A DNA stretch of 58,878 nt, the filler included, from Deltaproteobacteria bacterium (GTDB lineage Bacteria > Myxococcota > JACRCW01): assembly GCA_016218805.1 (NCBI GenBank). It is 3 parts of 3 records of this genome, joined end to end, with 100 filler letters (N's around TTAATTAATTAA, not from the genome) between each part and the next. Parts side by side here need not be neighbours in the genome. Positions count along the whole stretch, not along the records: positions 1 to 21,800 come from JACRCW010000141.1; positions 21,901 to 49,342 come from JACRCW010000024.1; 1 more part is not named here. One strand, written 5' to 3'. The notes below the pieces were generated by a model. The model was not told the origin of the DNA. It worked only from the letters and a program-made list of their open reading frames with translations, and did no database searches. The translations under genes were made by a program, and so were the position numbers. Below, piece by piece: positions 10,077-25,183 of this stretch (the stretch's first letter is position 1; each line of letters begins with the position of its first letter).

Positions 10077-11339
10077 TCACGGAACGCAGGTGCAACCCGG
10101 ATCACAAGTTCCATCTGCGCGACGGGGGCCGCAGCTGCTGGGGGCCGCGCACGTCGCCAAGGATTCCCAGCGGCATCCCTGCACCGCTTCGCATCCGGTT
10201 GGTTCGCTTACCGTGTCACACGCCGGCGGAATGCCCGTACAGCTGGCCGCCGGTGCGCACCCGTGGTTGCACTCGTCCTCAGCCCGGCCACTGCAGGGCG
10301 CGGGGCTGCCACGGCATTGCCACCCGCAGCCCGCCGCCAGGCATGCTGCAAACGCGCCGTTGTGCGCGGTGCAGGCGTGTTCGCCATTCTGGGTGCAGGT
10401 GAACTCCCAACGGCACGACGCGATGGCCAGGACGCACCCCGCGTAACCCAGTTGCGAGCAGTCTTCCTGGTTGTTCCCGACGATGCCACGGGGAAGGCAC
10501 TGGCCTCCGCTGTGTGTGCAGATGGGCTCCTGACCGCACGTGAGCCAATCCCGGGTCGCGCACGTTCCGTGCGTGCCCGTGCAGTGATCGCAGCCCGGCC
10601 CGCACCACGTCTCACAGGCGTCCGGGGCACCGCCACACCCGCTGGTCGCCACACATCCGGGCTGGGTGCACGGGACCGTGATGGTGTTGCACGCCCACGG
10701 GGTTCCCACGCACGCCGGCATGCTGGTGATGCACGTGGTGGGGCACGGATACGCGCCCGCAAAACACGCGCTATCCGGTTGGCACACACACGCCGCCGCG
10801 CTGGATGACGCCGGCGCAGCCGACGACGATGGCGCCGCCTGCGACGACGAGGCAGCTGCCGCCAGCGAAGAAGAGGCCGCCCCGGACGACGAGGGCGGCG
10901 CATACCCGGACGCCGACGACGACGCGGGTGACGCGGAGGACGGCGGGGAGTGCGTGGCTCCCGTGGACGCATGGGCGGATGACGCTCCTGCGGCCGACGA
11001 CGCCGGTGCCGACGAGGACGAGGCGGGCGCCGCAGAAGTTGGCGCCGCGGTGGAAGCCCCCCCGTGGCTGGTGGCGGAAGCCGCGGACGTCACAACGGGC
11101 GCCGCGGACGTGCCCGCCGCCGCGGCCGACGACGCAGCCGCCCCCGACGTGGCGCTCGCGGCCAGGCCGCCGCCGCCCGGCAGCGTTCCCCGGGCCAGGC
11201 ACCGCCCGTTGTTGACGTCACACAGCGCGCCCGGATCACAATCCGCGTCGGTGGAGCAGTACTGGTTGACCGGTACGCACCCCGCGGCGCCCACCACCAG
11301 GATTGGGATCAGCCTTCCCAGCGCGGCCGCACGTGCCAT
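10077..11339 (-). CDS. Cys-rich lipoprotein with Ser/Ala-rich stalk
   Basis: Lipobox-like VVGAAGC, a CSTDADC module, a Ser/Ala linker of about 130 aa and a C-terminal domain with about 38 Cys. The start was placed at MARAAALG; the ORF-track extension to 11594 overlaps rplK. Confidence 0.75.
   Translation of the reverse strand: MARAAALGRLIPILVVGAAGCVPVNQYCSTDADCDPGALCDVNNGRCLARGTLPGGGGLAASATSGAAASSAAAAGTSAAPVVTSAASATSHGGASTAAPTSAAPASSSSAPASSAAGASSAHASTGATHSPPSSASPASSSASGYAPPSSSGAASSSLAAAASSSQAAPSSSAAPASSSAAACVCQPDSACFAGAYPCPTTCITSMPACVGTPWACNTITVPCTQPGCVATSGCGGAPDACETWCGPGCDHCTGTHGTCATRDWLTCGQEPICTHSGGQCLPRGIVGNNQEDCSQLGYAGCVLAIASCRWEFTCTQNGEHACTAHNGAFAACLAAGCGWQCRGSPAPCSGRAEDECNHGCAPAASCTGIPPACDTVSEPTGCEAVQGCRWESLATCAAPSSCGPRRADGTCDPGCTCVP
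10790..11170 (-). repeat. Low-complexity coding repeat (SSAAPASSS-type Ser/Ala units)
   Basis: Recurring gacgac/gccgcc units on the + strand encode repeated SSAAPASS and SSSAPASS. Confidence 0.6.
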
Positions 11340-11427
11340 GGGCAGCATCCTATCCCAAACGCGTGGCGGCATATGCACAAATGATTCCAGATACTTGGCG
11401 CGCTCACGGATCCGGTTGGCGCCGGAG

Positions 11428-11466
11428 TTGCACCACTTGCGCTGATCAGATATACGCCCCGCCCCC
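11428..11466 (+). promoter_or_regulatory. Putative sigma70 promoter of the rplK operon with GC-rich discriminator
   Basis: TTGCAC (11428-11433), a 17-nt spacer, TATACG (11451-11456), then CCCCGCCCCC. Confidence 0.6.
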
Positions 11467-11472
11467 TCTTCA

Positions 11473-11511
11473 GGTGGGAGGCGTACCCACGGGCTCGCCG
11501 TCCGTACCACC
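11473..11511 (+). promoter_or_regulatory. Ribosomal protein L1-binding translational operator (rplK leader)
   Basis: GGTGGGAGG...CCGTACCACC matches the GGGAG...ACCAC L1-site pattern and sits directly before the AAGGA SD of rplK. Confidence 0.65.
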
Positions 11512-11523
11512 AAGGAATGAACC

Positions 11524-11964
11524 ATGGCCAAGAAAATCACCGCGGTTGTGAAGGTGCAGGCCCCGGCCGGGAAGGCGAATCCCAGCCCGCCCATCGGGCC
11601 CGCGCTCGGTCCCTACGGCATCAACATCATGCAGTTCTGCAAGGAGTTCAACGCGCGCACGCAGGCCCAGGACGGCATGACCGTCCCGGCGCTGATCACC
11701 GTGTACGCGGACCGCTCCTTCACGTTTGTGACCAAGACGCCGCCGGCGTCCGTGCTCATCAAGAAGGCCGCGGGCCTCAAGATGGACAAGAAGCCGGGCG
11801 GCGGCGCCAAGCGCACGGGTCACGAGAAGGTCGGCAAGATCACCAAGGACCAGCTCAAGAAGATCGCTGAGACCAAGATCGGCGACATGAACTGCTACGC
11901 CATCGAATCGGCGATGCGGTCGGTCGCGGGTACGGCGCGCTCCATGGGCGTGGAAGTGATCTGA
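11524..11964 (+). CDS. rplK: 50S ribosomal protein L11
   Basis: [10 protein letters not shown]...[12 protein letters not shown]...FCKEFNART...GTARSMG. Confidence 0.98.
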   Translation: MAKKITAVVKVQAPAGKANPSPPIGPALGPYGINIMQFCKEFNARTQAQDGMTVPALITVYADRSFTFVTKTPPASVLIKKAAGLKMDKKPGGGAKRTGHEKVGKITKDQLKKIAETKIGDMNCYAIESAMRSVAGTARSMGVEVI

Positions 11965-12037
11965 AACGGGACGCACAACCCTTTGATGCGGCGCATCACG
12001 TCAGATGGACGTTGGTAGCGACGCGACGGTGAATGAC

Positions 12038-12745
12038 ATGTCCAACAAGATCGGGAAGAAGCATCGCGCGGCGGTGGCCAAGGTTGACCGCACCAAGCGC
12101 TACACGGCCGGTGAGGCCATGGCGCTGGTGAAGTCCTGCCACCACACCAAGTTCAATGAATCTGTCGACGTGGCCATCAACCTGGGCGTGGACCCCAAGC
12201 ACGCCGACCAGATGGTCCGCGGTGCGGTCCTGCTCCCGCACGGGACGGGCGCCACCGTGCGCGTGGCCGTGTTTGCCAAGGGCGACAAGGAGCGCGAGGC
12301 CAAGGAGGCGGGCGCGGACATCGTTGGTGCCGAGGACCTGTTTGAGAAGATCAACGGCGGGTTCATGGACTTTGACAAGGTGGTGGCCACGCCGGACATG
12401 ATGGGCCTGGTGGGCCGCCTGGGTAAGGTGCTGGGCCCGCGCGGCCTGATGCCCAATCCCAAGGTGGGCACCGTCACGCCGGACGTGAAGAAGGCCATTT
12501 CTGAAGCCAAGGCCGGCAAGATTGAGTTCCGCGTGGAGAAGGCGGGCATTGTGCACGCCATTGTGGGGAAGGTGGGCTTTGAGGCCAAGGCGCTGGAAGA
12601 GAACTTCAACACGCTGATGGACACCATCATGAAGATGAAGCCGGCCACCGCCAAGGGGATCTATCTCCAGGGCGTGACGGTCAGCTCCACCATGGGTCCC
12701 GGCATCAAGCTGGACGCCAACGCCATCACGGCGGCGCACGGCTGA
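12038..12745 (+). CDS. rplA: 50S ribosomal protein L1
   Basis: [35 protein letters not shown] and STMGPG. Confidence 0.98.
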   Translation: MSNKIGKKHRAAVAKVDRTKRYTAGEAMALVKSCHHTKFNESVDVAINLGVDPKHADQMVRGAVLLPHGTGATVRVAVFAKGDKEREAKEAGADIVGAEDLFEKINGGFMDFDKVVATPDMMGLVGRLGKVLGPRGLMPNPKVGTVTPDVKKAISEAKAGKIEFRVEKAGIVHAIVGKVGFEAKALEENFNTLMDTIMKMKPATAKGIYLQGVTVSSTMGPGIKLDANAITAAHG

Positions 12746-12796
12746 CGGAGGATTTCACGGAGTTCGGCGGGATGGTGCGTCTGCCCCGACATCCCG

Positions 12797-12900
12797 TCCG
12801 TCCAAGACAGCCGGTGGCGTGGGTCCCCCCGACCTCCGCTCCAATCTCCGCAAGTGCCCGGGGTGAAGTGACCAGGGCGCCCGGTACCGGCCGAGACGGA
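12797..12900 (+). ncRNA. Ribosomal protein L10 leader (cis-regulatory RNA)
   Basis: TCCGTCCAAGACAGCCGGT (12797-12815) can pair with ACCGGCCGAGACGGA (12886-12900). This matches the CCGTCnAAGAC...AGACGG core of the L10 leader upstream of rplJ. Confidence 0.8.
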
Positions 12901-12985
12901 ATGCGAGAAGGTCTCCTTTCACGCGTTTTCGTCGCCAGGGAAAAACCGCACGGGGTGGATGGAAGGGAAGGAGGACGATTGACGC

Positions 12986-13510
12986 GTGGATAAGAATCAG
13001 AAACAGGCCGAAATCACGGATCTCAAGGCCGCCTGGAAGGAAGTGGCGGGTGCGGTCCTGACCGGCGTGGCGGGCCTGACGGTGGCGGAATCCACCGGCA
13101 TGCGCCGCAAGTTTCACAACGCGGGGGTGCAGTACCGCGTGGTGAAGAACACGCTGGCCCGGATTGCGTCCGGTGCGTCTGACCTGAAGGTCATCAGCGA
13201 TCTGTTTGTGGGCCCCACGGCGCTTGCCTGGCACCCCACGGACCCCGCTGCGGCCGCCAAGGTGGCACTGGAGGTCAAGAAGGAACTGGACAAGCTGCAG
13301 ATCAAGGGCGGCTATCTCGGTGGCAAGGCGCTGGACGCCAAAGGCGTTGAAGCGGCGTCCAAACTGCCGACCCTGCCGGAGCTGCGCGCGCAGCTGCTGG
13401 GGACGATCAACGCCCCGGCCCAGCGTCTGCTGGCCCAGTTCAACGCTCCCGGCCAGAACGTGGTCGGCGTGATTGCGGCCTTCAAGGACAAGCAGGAGAA
13501 GGCTGCCTGA
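12986..13510 (+). CDS. rplJ: 50S ribosomal protein L10
   Basis: GLTVAE, VVKNTLA, GPTALA and [15 protein letters not shown] start after AAGGAGG. Confidence 0.97.
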   Translation: MDKNQKQAEITDLKAAWKEVAGAVLTGVAGLTVAESTGMRRKFHNAGVQYRVVKNTLARIASGASDLKVISDLFVGPTALAWHPTDPAAAAKVALEVKKELDKLQIKGGYLGGKALDAKGVEAASKLPTLPELRAQLLGTINAPAQRLLAQFNAPGQNVVGVIAAFKDKQEKAA

Positions 13511-13583
13511 GGCGGCCGGACCTTTTCGCAGGCATTCACTTTTTCAAAGCCCATTGGGCTGTTTTCTTCAGGAGTGGAAAAAC

Positions 13584-13967
13584 ATGGCAGCTGATCTTGA
13601 GAAGTTGGTGGAATCCCTGTCCGGCCTCACCGTCATGGAGGCGGCGGACCTGGTGAAGAAGCTGGAAGAGAAGTGGGGCGTCAAGGCGGCCTCCGGCGGC
13701 GGCATGATGATGATGGCCCCGGCGGCGGGCGCCGGCGCGGCCGCGGCGGCGGAAAAGACCGAGTTTGACGTGGTCCTGGCCGGCGCCGGTGACAAGAAGA
13801 TCCAGGTCATCAAGGTGGTCCGCGAGCTCACCGGTCTGGGCCTCAAGGAGGCCAAGGACCTGGTGGACGGCGCGCCCAAGTCCGTGAAGGCGGGCGTGGG
13901 CAAGGAGGAGGCCGAGAAGATCAAGGCCGCCCTTGAGAAGGAAGGCGCCAAGGTGGAGATCAAGTAA
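13584..13967 (+). CDS. rplL: 50S ribosomal protein L7/L12
   Basis: [26 protein letters not shown] and [30 protein letters not shown]. Confidence 0.98.
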   Translation: MAADLEKLVESLSGLTVMEAADLVKKLEEKWGVKAASGGGMMMMAPAAGAGAAAAAEKTEFDVVLAGAGDKKIQVIKVVRELTGLGLKEAKDLVDGAPKSVKAGVGKEEAEKIKAALEKEGAKVEIK

Positions 13968-13988
13968 TTGATCCTCGCCTGACACGGT

Positions 13989-14037
13989 CCCGGCGCGGCG
14001 GGGGAGGTCCCCGCCGCGGCCGGGTTTGTGTCTTTTC
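13989..14037 (+). terminator. Intrinsic terminator/attenuator between rplL and rpoB
   Basis: GC stem CCCGGC-GCGGCGGGG / CCCCGCCGC-G-GCCGGG followed by TTTGTGTCTTTT. Confidence 0.7.
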
Positions 14038-14166
14038 TGGCCGGCCGCTTCCCGGGGCGTCCGGCGGGCCTGAGAAAGGCCTGGAATTGCTGTTTGCCGG
14101 GAGACATTCCGAGTGGTTTTACGCGGCAGCCACCCTGCCGCCCCCCTTTGGCGGAGCGCACGAATC

Positions 14167-17100
14167 ATGACGACGCAGATCCAGGACAACTACCGCATCC
14201 GCAAGTCCTTTGGCCGCATCCACCCGCTCATTGACATCCCCAACCTCATTGACATCCAGAAGCGCAGCTATGACAAGTTCCTCCAGGCTGACGTGGACCC
14301 GGACAAGCGTGAGGACACGGGGCTGCAGGGCGTCTTCAAGAGCGTGATGCCCATCAAGGACTACAATGAGACGGCGTCGCTTGAGTTTGTGAGCTACCAC
14401 CTTGAGAAGCCCAAGTATGACGTGGACGAGTGCCACCAGCGTGGCATGACGTACAGCGCGCCCATCAAGGTGGTCATCCGCCTGGTGGTCTGGGACAAGG
14501 ATGAGCTCACCGGCGCGCAGTCCATCCGCGACGTCAAGGAGCAGGAAGTCTATTTTGGTGAAATCCCGCTGATGACGCAGAACGGCACGTTCATCATCAA
14601 CGGCACCGAGCGCGTGGTGTGCAGCCAGCTGCACCGCTCCCCCGGCGCGTTCTTTGACCACGACAAGGGCCGCACGCACAGCAGCGGCAAGCTGCTGTAC
14701 AACGCGCGCATCATCCCGTACCGCGGGTCCTGGATTGACTTTGAATTCGATCCCAAGGACATCCTGTATGTCCGCATTGACCGCCGCCGGAAGCTGCCCG
14801 CCACCGTCCTGCTCAAGGCGCTGGGCTACACCGCGGAGCAGCTGCTGGACTACTACTACGAGAAGGAAATCCTCCGCATTGAGGGGAAGGGTAAGTACGG
14901 CAAGCTCATCAACTTTGAGCTGCTGCTGGGCCAGCGCGCCACGCGGGACATCAAGGACCCCAAGAGCAAGGAAGTCATTGTCAAGAAGAACCGGAAGTTC
15001 ACCAAGCAGGCGCTCAAGAAGATGCAGGAGCTGGGCATCACGGAGCTGACCATTCCGCCGGAAGAGGTGGAAGGCCTCATTGCCGCTGAGGACATTGTCA
15101 ACGAGAAGACCGGCGAGGTCCTGGTGGAGAGCAACGAGGAGCTCACCGCCGAGAAGCTGGAGATGCTGCAGGAGGCCGGCTACAAGGAGGCCAAGGTCCT
15201 GTTCATTGACGGGCTGAACGTGGGCCCCTACCTGCGGGACACGCTGCTGGTGGACAAGGTGCAGAGCCAGGAAGAGGCCATCCTGGAAATCTACCGGCGC
15301 CTGCGCCCCGGTGACCCGCCCACCATTGAGACCGCAGAGACCCTGTTCAACAACCTGTTCTTCAACCCGGAGCGCTATGACCTCAGCAAGGTGGGGCGCC
15401 TGAAGCTGAACTACAAGTTCAACCTGGATGAGCCGCTGGAGAACAGCGTGCTGACCAAGCGGGACATCCTGGAGGTGGTCCGCTACCTGATTGACCTCAA
15501 GAACGGGAAGGGCTCCATTGACGACATTGACCACCTGGGCAACCGCCGCGTGCGCGCGGTGGGCGAGTTGCTGGAGAACCAGTACCGCATTGGCCTGGTC
15601 CGCATGGAGCGCGCCATCAAGGAGCGCATGAGCCTGCAGGAGATTGAAACGCTCATGCCGCATGACCTCATCAACGCCAAGCCCGTCTCCGCGGTGGTGA
15701 AGGAGTTCTTCGGTTCGTCGCAATTGTCCCAATTCATGGACCAGACCAACCCGCTGTCTGAGGTCACCCACAAGCGGCGCCTGTCCGCCCTGGGGCCCGG
15801 TGGTCTGACGCGCGAGCGCGCGGGCTTTGAAGTCCGCGACGTGCATCCCACGCATTACGGCCGCATCTGCCCCATTGAGACGCCGGAAGGTCCAAACATT
15901 GGCCTCATTGCCAACCTGTCCTGCTTTGCGCGCGTGAACGAGTACGGGTTTGTGGAGACGCCGTACCGCAAGGTGGAGGGCGGCAAGGTGCTCCCGCAGG
16001 TGGAGTTCTTCTCCGCGCTGCAGGAGGAAAACCACATCATTGCCCAGGCGGCGGCCAAGATTGACAAGGCGGGGCGGTTTGTGGACCCGCACATCCCGGC
16101 CCGCAAGGGCGGTGACTTTGTCATGGCGCGTCCGGAGGACGTGACCCTGCAGGACGTCAGCCCCAACCAGCTGGTGTCCGTGGCCGCCTCCATGATTCCG
16201 TTCCTGGAGAATGATGACGCCAACCGCGCGCTGATGGGTTCCAACATGCAGCGGCAGGCCGTGCCGCTGCTGCGCACGGATGCGCCGCTGGTGGGCACCG
16301 GCATGGAGGGCTCGGTGGCCCGGGACTCCGGCGTGTGCGTGGTGGCCCGCCGCAACGGCGTGGTGGACTACGTGGACGCCACCCGCATTGTGGTGAAGGC
16401 GGCGGATGACGCCGCGGACGTGGGGAGCGAAGTCGATATCTACAACCTCATCAAGTACCAGCGCTCCAACCAGAACACCTGCATCAACCAGAAGCCCATT
16501 GTGCAGCAGGGTGACCGGGTGAAGGCGGGGGACATCATTGGTGACGGCCCGTCATGCGAAACCGGTGAATTGGCGCTGGGCCGCAACGTGGTGGTCGCGT
16601 TCATGCCGTGGGGCGGGTACAACTTTGAGGACTCCATCCTGGTGTCCGAGAAGATCCTCAAGCAGGACCTGTTCACGTCCATCCACATTGAAGAATACGA
16701 GTGCGTGGCGCGGGACACCAAGCTGGGGAAGGAAGAGATTACGCGGGATATCCCCAACGTCGGCGAGGAGGCCCTGATGGACCTCGACGATTCCGGTATC
16801 ATCCGCATTGGCGCGGAGGTGGGCCCCGGGGACATCCTGGTGGGCAAGATCACCCCCAAGGGCGAGACGCAGCTCTCTCCCGAAGAGAAGCTGCTGCGCG
16901 CCATCTTTGGCGAGAAGGCCGGGGACGTGCGGGACAGCTCCCTGCGCGTGCCGCCGGGCGTCATGGGCACGGTGATTGGCGCCAAGGTGTTTGCGCGCAA
17001 GGGCGTGGACAAGGATGAGCGCGCCCAGCAGATTGAGGACGAGGAAGAGGCGCGGCTGCTCAAGGACCAGAACGACAACATCCGCATCCTCAAGGAGTCC

Positions 17101-18282
17101 GCCATTGCCAAGGTGAGCCGCCTGCTGTCCGGCAAGGTGGCCGTCAACAAGCTGGTGGATGACAAGGGCAAGGTCCTGCTGAAGAAGGGTGACGCGATTG
17201 ACGACGCGGTGCTGGCGGAGATCCCGGAGCGCCTGCTGGTTGAGATCCCCATTTCCGACGAGGAGACGCTGGTCCGCGTGCGCAAGGTGCTGGACGCCAT
17301 GCGTGACCAGGTGGAGATGGTGCAGATGGCGTTTGGCGAGAAGATTGCCCGCCTGAAGAAGGGCGACGAGCTTCCCCCCGGCGTCATCAAGATGGTGAAG
17401 TGCTACCTGGCGGTGAAGCGCAAGCTGTCCGTGGGTGACAAGATGGCCGGCCGCCACGGCAACAAGGGCGTCATCAGCCGCATCCTCCCCGAAGCCGACC
17501 TGCCGTACCTGGAAGACGGCACGCCGGTGGACCTGGTGCTCAACCCGCTGGGCGTGCCCAGCCGCATGAACGTGGGGCAGATCCTGGAGACCCACTTGGG
17601 GTGGGCCGCCAAGAACCTGGGTGCGCGGTACAACAAGGTCATTGAGACCAAGTTCTCCGCGGACGCCCTGCGCAAGGAGCTCAAGCGGTTCTTTGACGCG
17701 CCCGGCACGGAGAAGCTGGTGGACAGCCTGTCCGAAGAGGACCTCAAGCGCTTTGTCAAGAAGCTGTGGAAGGGCGTGAAGGTGTCCAGCCCGGTGTTTG
17801 ACGGCGCGCAGGAGGACGAGGTCCGCAAGCTGCTGGAGCTGGCGGAGTCGCCCATGCAGTCCGTGCTGTTTGACGGACGCACGGGTGAGCCGTTTGACCA
17901 GGATGTCACCGTGGGCGTCATGTACATGCTCAAGCTGCATCACCTGGTGGACGACAAGATTCACGCGCGTTCCATTGGGCCCTACAGCCTGGTCACGCAG
18001 CAGCCCCTGGGCGGCAAGGCCCAGTTTGGCGGCCAGCGCCTGGGTGAAATGGAAGTGTGGGCCATGGAGGCCTACGGCGCCGCGTTCTCACTGCAGGAGT
18101 TCCTGACGGTGAAGAGCGACGACGTGGTGGGACGCACGCGCATGTACGAGTCCATTGTCAAGGGCGACCACACGCTGGAGACCGGCATTCCCGAGAGCTT
18201 CAACGTGCTCATCAAGGAACTCCAGGCGCTCGCCCTTGACGTCACCCTCATGGAGGAGGACGAGACCGGCAGCATCGTCTGA
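14167..18282 (+). CDS. rpoB: DNA-directed RNA polymerase subunit beta
   Basis: [38 protein letters not shown] and [10 protein letters not shown]. Confidence 0.99.
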   Translation: MTTQIQDNYRIRKSFGRIHPLIDIPNLIDIQKRSYDKFLQADVDPDKREDTGLQGVFKSVMPIKDYNETASLEFVSYHLEKPKYDVDECHQRGMTYSAPIKVVIRLVVWDKDELTGAQSIRDVKEQEVYFGEIPLMTQNGTFIINGTERVVCSQLHRSPGAFFDHDKGRTHSSGKLLYNARIIPYRGSWIDFEFDPKDILYVRIDRRRKLPATVLLKALGYTAEQLLDYYYEKEILRIEGKGKYGKLINFELLLGQRATRDIKDPKSKEVIVKKNRKFTKQALKKMQELGITELTIPPEEVEGLIAAEDIVNEKTGEVLVESNEELTAEKLEMLQEAGYKEAKVLFIDGLNVGPYLRDTLLVDKVQSQEEAILEIYRRLRPGDPPTIETAETLFNNLFFNPERYDLSKVGRLKLNYKFNLDEPLENSVLTKRDILEVVRYLIDLKNGKGSIDDIDHLGNRRVRAVGELLENQYRIGLVRMERAIKERMSLQEIETLMPHDLINAKPVSAVVKEFFGSSQLSQFMDQTNPLSEVTHKRRLSALGPGGLTRERAGFEVRDVHPTHYGRICPIETPEGPNIGLIANLSCFARVNEYGFVETPYRKVEGGKVLPQVEFFSALQEENHIIAQAAAKIDKAGRFVDPHIPARKGGDFVMARPEDVTLQDVSPNQLVSVAASMIPFLENDDANRALMGSNMQRQAVPLLRTDAPLVGTGMEGSVARDSGVCVVARRNGVVDYVDATRIVVKAADDAADVGSEVDIYNLIKYQRSNQNTCINQKPIVQQGDRVKAGDIIGDGPSCETGELALGRNVVVAFMPWGGYNFEDSILVSEKILKQDLFTSIHIEEYECVARDTKLGKEEITRDIPNVGEEALMDLDDSGIIRIGAEVGPGDILVGKITPKGETQLSPEEKLLRAIFGEKAGDVRDSSLRVPPGVMGTVIGAKVFARKGVDKDERAQQIEDEEEARLLKDQNDNIRILKESAIAKVSRLLSGKVAVNKLVDDKGKVLLKKGDAIDDAVLAEIPERLLVEIPISDEETLVRVRKVLDAMRDQVEMVQMAFGEKIARLKKGDELPPGVIKMVKCYLAVKRKLSVGDKMAGRHGNKGVISRILPEADLPYLEDGTPVDLVLNPLGVPSRMNVGQILETHLGWAAKNLGARYNKVIETKFSADALRKELKRFFDAPGTEKLVDSLSEEDLKRFVKKLWKGVKVSSPVFDGAQEDEVRKLLELAESPMQSVLFDGRTGEPFDQDVTVGVMYMLKLHHLVDDKIHARSIGPYSLVTQQPLGGKAQFGGQRLGEMEVWAMEAYGAAFSLQEFLTVKSDDVVGRTRMYESIVKGDHTLETGIPESFNVLIKELQALALDVTLMEEDETGSIV

Positions 18283-18356
18283 CACTCCGACAATTTGCAT
18301 CGATTTTCCGGCGCTGACGCGCCCACGGATTTCAAACGATTTCGAAGGAGCAGCCC

Positions 18357-21800
<3,444 letters not shown>

Positions 21801-21900
21801 NNNNNNNNNNNNNNNNNNNNNNNNNNNNNNNNNNNNNNNNNNNNTTAATTAATTAANNNNNNNNNNNNNNNNNNNNNNNNNNNNNNNNNNNNNNNNNNNN
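21801..21900. other. Artificial contig spacer (N44-TTAATTAATTAA-N44)
   Basis: The 12-mer at 21845-21856 has stop codons in all six frames, is flanked by Ns, and truncates the genes on both sides. Confidence 0.97.
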
Positions 21901-23528
21901 CGGTGGAACTGGTACTGCAGGATGCGCGCGAGGAAGTAGCGCGTGTACGGGACGTTGCCGGGGACGTGGTACTTGGCGCCCGGGTCAAAGAACGTCTCGG
22001 GGCGCTCCATGGCGGGTTCAATGCCTTGGTACTTCTTACGCATCTCCCACCAGGACTTGTTGAAGTTCTCCGGCTTGATCTCGCCGTTGAACGCCTTCCA
22101 GCGCCACTGGTCCACCACCAGGCCAAACGGCAGGAACGCCACGGACTCCAGCGCTTCCTTCATCAGCAGGCCCAGGTCCTTCTCGGGCGGCGGCACCTTG
22201 TCAATGAGGCCAATCTTCTTGAGGTAGTCCGGGGTGACGCTGCGGAGGATCGTGTCGCCAATGGCCTCGTGGAAGCCGTCATTGGCGCCCTGGCGGTACA
22301 GGTACGGCAGCTTGTTGTACGCGCGCTGGTAGTAGTTGTGTCCCAGCTCGTGGTGGATGGTGCCAAAGTCCTCCTCGTTGATCTCAATGCACATCTTGAT
22401 GCGCAGGTCGTCCACCTCGTCCAGGTCCCATGCGGATGCGTGGCAGACCACCTCGCGGTCAGCGGGCTTGAGGAACAGGCTGCGCTTCCAGAACGTCTCC
22501 GGCAGCGGCGCAATGCCCAGCGAACTGAAGAACCCTTCGCCGGTCTTCACCATCTTGATGTGGTCATAGTTCTGCTTCTTGAGGATGGCGTTGAGGTCGT
22601 AACCGGGGTCGGAGTTGGGGGGTGCAACCAGCGGGTAGATGTTGGCCCACTCCTGTGCCCAGATGTTGCCCAGCAGGTGCGCCGGGATCGGCTTGCCCGT
22701 CGGGACCACCTTTTCGCCGTATTTCTTCTGCAGCTGGCCGCGCACGTAACAGTGCAGGCTGTCGTACAGCGGCTTGACCTGCGTCCACAGGCGCTCCACC
22801 TCGCCGGCAAACGCGTCGGGCGGCATGTCGTATTTCGCGCGCCAGTACGCGCCCTGGTCGGGATAGCCCAGCGAGCGCGCGCCCTCGTTCCCCAACTCCA
22901 CCAGCCGCTGGTAGTCGCCGCGCATCTGCGCGCCCACCGCGTGCCACCCGGTCCACACTTCCTTGAGCTTCTCGGGGTCACGGCTGTCCGCCATGATCTT
23001 GGTGATGGCGCCGATATCCAGGCAGTCCTTCCCCGTCTTGCCGGGCGGGCAGTACTTGCCCTCGCCGTACTGCGCCTCCATGCGCGTGCTGAGGACGGCC
23101 AGCTCCTTGACCTTGGCAGGGTCCGCGGGCGGCGGGCTGGTGAGGGCCAGCTTGAGCAGGTCCAGCTTGCGGCGCACGTCATAGGGCAGTTCCATCCCGT
23201 CAAACCGGGCGGCCTCCTGCGCGTACTTCACGGCGGCGCCCATCACGGCCTCTTGCGCGGCGGCGGACAGGGCCTGCGTATCCTGCGTGATGTACGTGCT
23301 CTGCACCCACGCGGCCTTGTTGGCGGCCATGCCCAGTTCGTACAGGTGCGCCTCGGCGTCGTTGACAAACTTCTCGGCGTCCGCCGCGGTGGGCTTGGGT
23401 TTCTCAACGGGGGCGGCGGCTGCCGGCTTGACGGGTTCCGGGCAGTCCTTGCGCGAGTTCTTGTCCGACGCGCACGACAGTGCGGTGGCGGCGAGCAGCC
23501 ACGTTCCGGCGCGGTGCAGTGTGTTCAT
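21901..23528 (-). CDS. Peptidyl-dipeptidase A / ACE-like M2 metallopeptidase, lipoprotein (3'-truncated)
   Basis: IPAHLLGNIWAQEW, VVCHASAWD, HHELGH zinc motif, GANDGFHEAIGD and FDPGAKYHVP. Lipobox-like TALSC. Confidence 0.93.
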
Positions 23529-23698
23529 CTTCAGGCTCCGAGGTTCTGGGCGGAAGCGCCCGGTGGGACGGGCGTGGGATGGCCGCTCACAGGGGGTTGA
23601 TGCAAGCCCGCGGCCCCTCCGGTATTCCGCCCGGGCCGCGCGCGCGGGTTCTCCCCCACGCGTGCTAGAGGACCGGTTTCCACCGGAGGAGCCGCACC

Positions 23699-25183
23699 AT
23701 GGCCAAGCTGGGTCTCGAACGCGACATCGTCGACCGCGCCGTCTACGACCGCACCGTCAAGCGCTTCAAGGAAGCGTCCATCACGCTGCCCACGTTTGCG
23801 CAGTTGGCGGACCCGTCCCGCATTCCCGCGGCCACGCGCAAGGTGCTGGCCGGGGTGAAGCCGGACGTGCCGCACCCCGCCAACCTGTTCCGCGTGCACT
23901 GGTACAACGACGGCAAGGGCGGCTTCCAGGACGTGCCGGCGCACCTGGTGCTCCCGGAATCGCTGACCGGGGTGAAGGCCAAGATCGTCGTGGTGCTGGG
24001 CAACCGCTTCCCCATGATCCGCGCGCACAAGGTGCTGGCCGCGTATGCGTGCCTGGCGCCCCGCGTGGTCACCGGGCAGTTTGATCCCACCGCGCACAAG
24101 GCCATCTGGCCGTCCACGGGCAACTACTGCCGCGGTGGCGTGGCCATTTCTCGCATCATGCAATCCCGCGGGGTGGCGGTGCTCCCCGCGGGCATGAGTG
24201 AGGAGCGCTTCCGCTGGCTGGCGGAGTGGGTGCTGAACCCGGAGGACGTCATCAAGACGCCGGGCACGGAGAGCAACGTCAAGGAGATCTACGACGAGTG
24301 CGCGCGCCTGGACCGCACGCCGGGCAACGTGATCTTCAACCAGTTCTGTGAATTCGGGAACCACCTGGTGCACGTCACCTGCACCGGTCCCGCGCTGGAG
24401 CGCGTGTTTGAGTCGCTGCGCGCGTCGGACCCGTCGCTGAAGCTGCGCGCGTTCACGTCAGCCACCGGGTCCGCGGGGACCATTGGCGCGGGGGACTACC
24501 TGCGCGAGAAACACGGCGCGTGGACGGTGGCGGTGGAGGCGCTGGAGTGCCCCACCATGCTGGAGAACGGTTTTGGCGAGCACAACATCCAGGGCATTGG
24601 CGACAAGCACATGCCGCTCATCCACAACGTGATGAACAACGACATTGCGCTGGCGGTCTCAGACGAGGCCACCGACGGGCTGGGCGTGTTGTTCAACCAC
24701 GACGCGGGCCGCAAGTACCTGTTGGAGCGCCGCCGCGTGCCCAAGGCCACCGTGGACCAACTGGGTGAGCTGGGGCTTTCGTCCATCTGCAACATCCTGG
24801 CGGCGGTGAAGGTGGCCCGCTACCACCGCCTGGGCGAGCAGGACGTGCTCATCACCGTGGCCACCGATGACGCGTCCATGTACGGCAGCGAACGCCAGAA
24901 GGCGATGGCGCGCTTCCCCGACGGGTTTGACGCCGTCACCGCCGCGGAGACGTTTGGCCGTCACATGCTGGCCGCGTCCACGGACAACCTCATTGAGCTC
25001 ACGCGCGTGGACCGGGACCGCATCTTCAACCTCGGCTACTTCACGTGGGTGGAGCAGCAGGGTGTGTCGCTCAAGGAGTTTGAAGCACGGCGGCAGCAGT
25101 CCTACTGGACGGGACTGCGGGCCATGGTTCCCGTCTGGGACCGCATGATTGATGAGTTCAACCAGCGGGTGGCTGCGCCGTGA
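23699..25183 (+). CDS. PLP-dependent enzyme, fold type II (TrpB/cysteine-synthase superfamily), function unknown
   Basis: AHKV (PLP lysine), PSTGNY, ATGSAGT phosphate loop and IQGIG. SD GGAGGAG. Confidence 0.85.
   Translation: MAKLGLERDIVDRAVYDRTVKRFKEASITLPTFAQLADPSRIPAATRKVLAGVKPDVPHPANLFRVHWYNDGKGGFQDVPAHLVLPESLTGVKAKIVVVLGNRFPMIRAHKVLAAYACLAPRVVTGQFDPTAHKAIWPSTGNYCRGGVAISRIMQSRGVAVLPAGMSEERFRWLAEWVLNPEDVIKTPGTESNVKEIYDECARLDRTPGNVIFNQFCEFGNHLVHVTCTGPALERVFESLRASDPSLKLRAFTSATGSAGTIGAGDYLREKHGAWTVAVEALECPTMLENGFGEHNIQGIGDKHMPLIHNVMNNDIALAVSDEATDGLGVLFNHDAGRKYLLERRRVPKATVDQLGELGLSSICNILAAVKVARYHRLGEQDVLITVATDDASMYGSERQKAMARFPDGFDAVTAAETFGRHMLAASTDNLIELTRVDRDRIFNLGYFTWVEQQGVSLKEFEARRQQSYWTGLRAMVPVWDRMIDEFNQRVAAP

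Noticed and set aside
15700..15800. Rifampicin-resistance substitutions in rpoB cluster I
   Set aside because: [25 protein letters not shown] matches the sensitive consensus.
21845..21856. TTAATTAATTAA palindrome (also at 49387-49398)
   Set aside because: An assembly linker with six-frame stops inside N runs, not biological.
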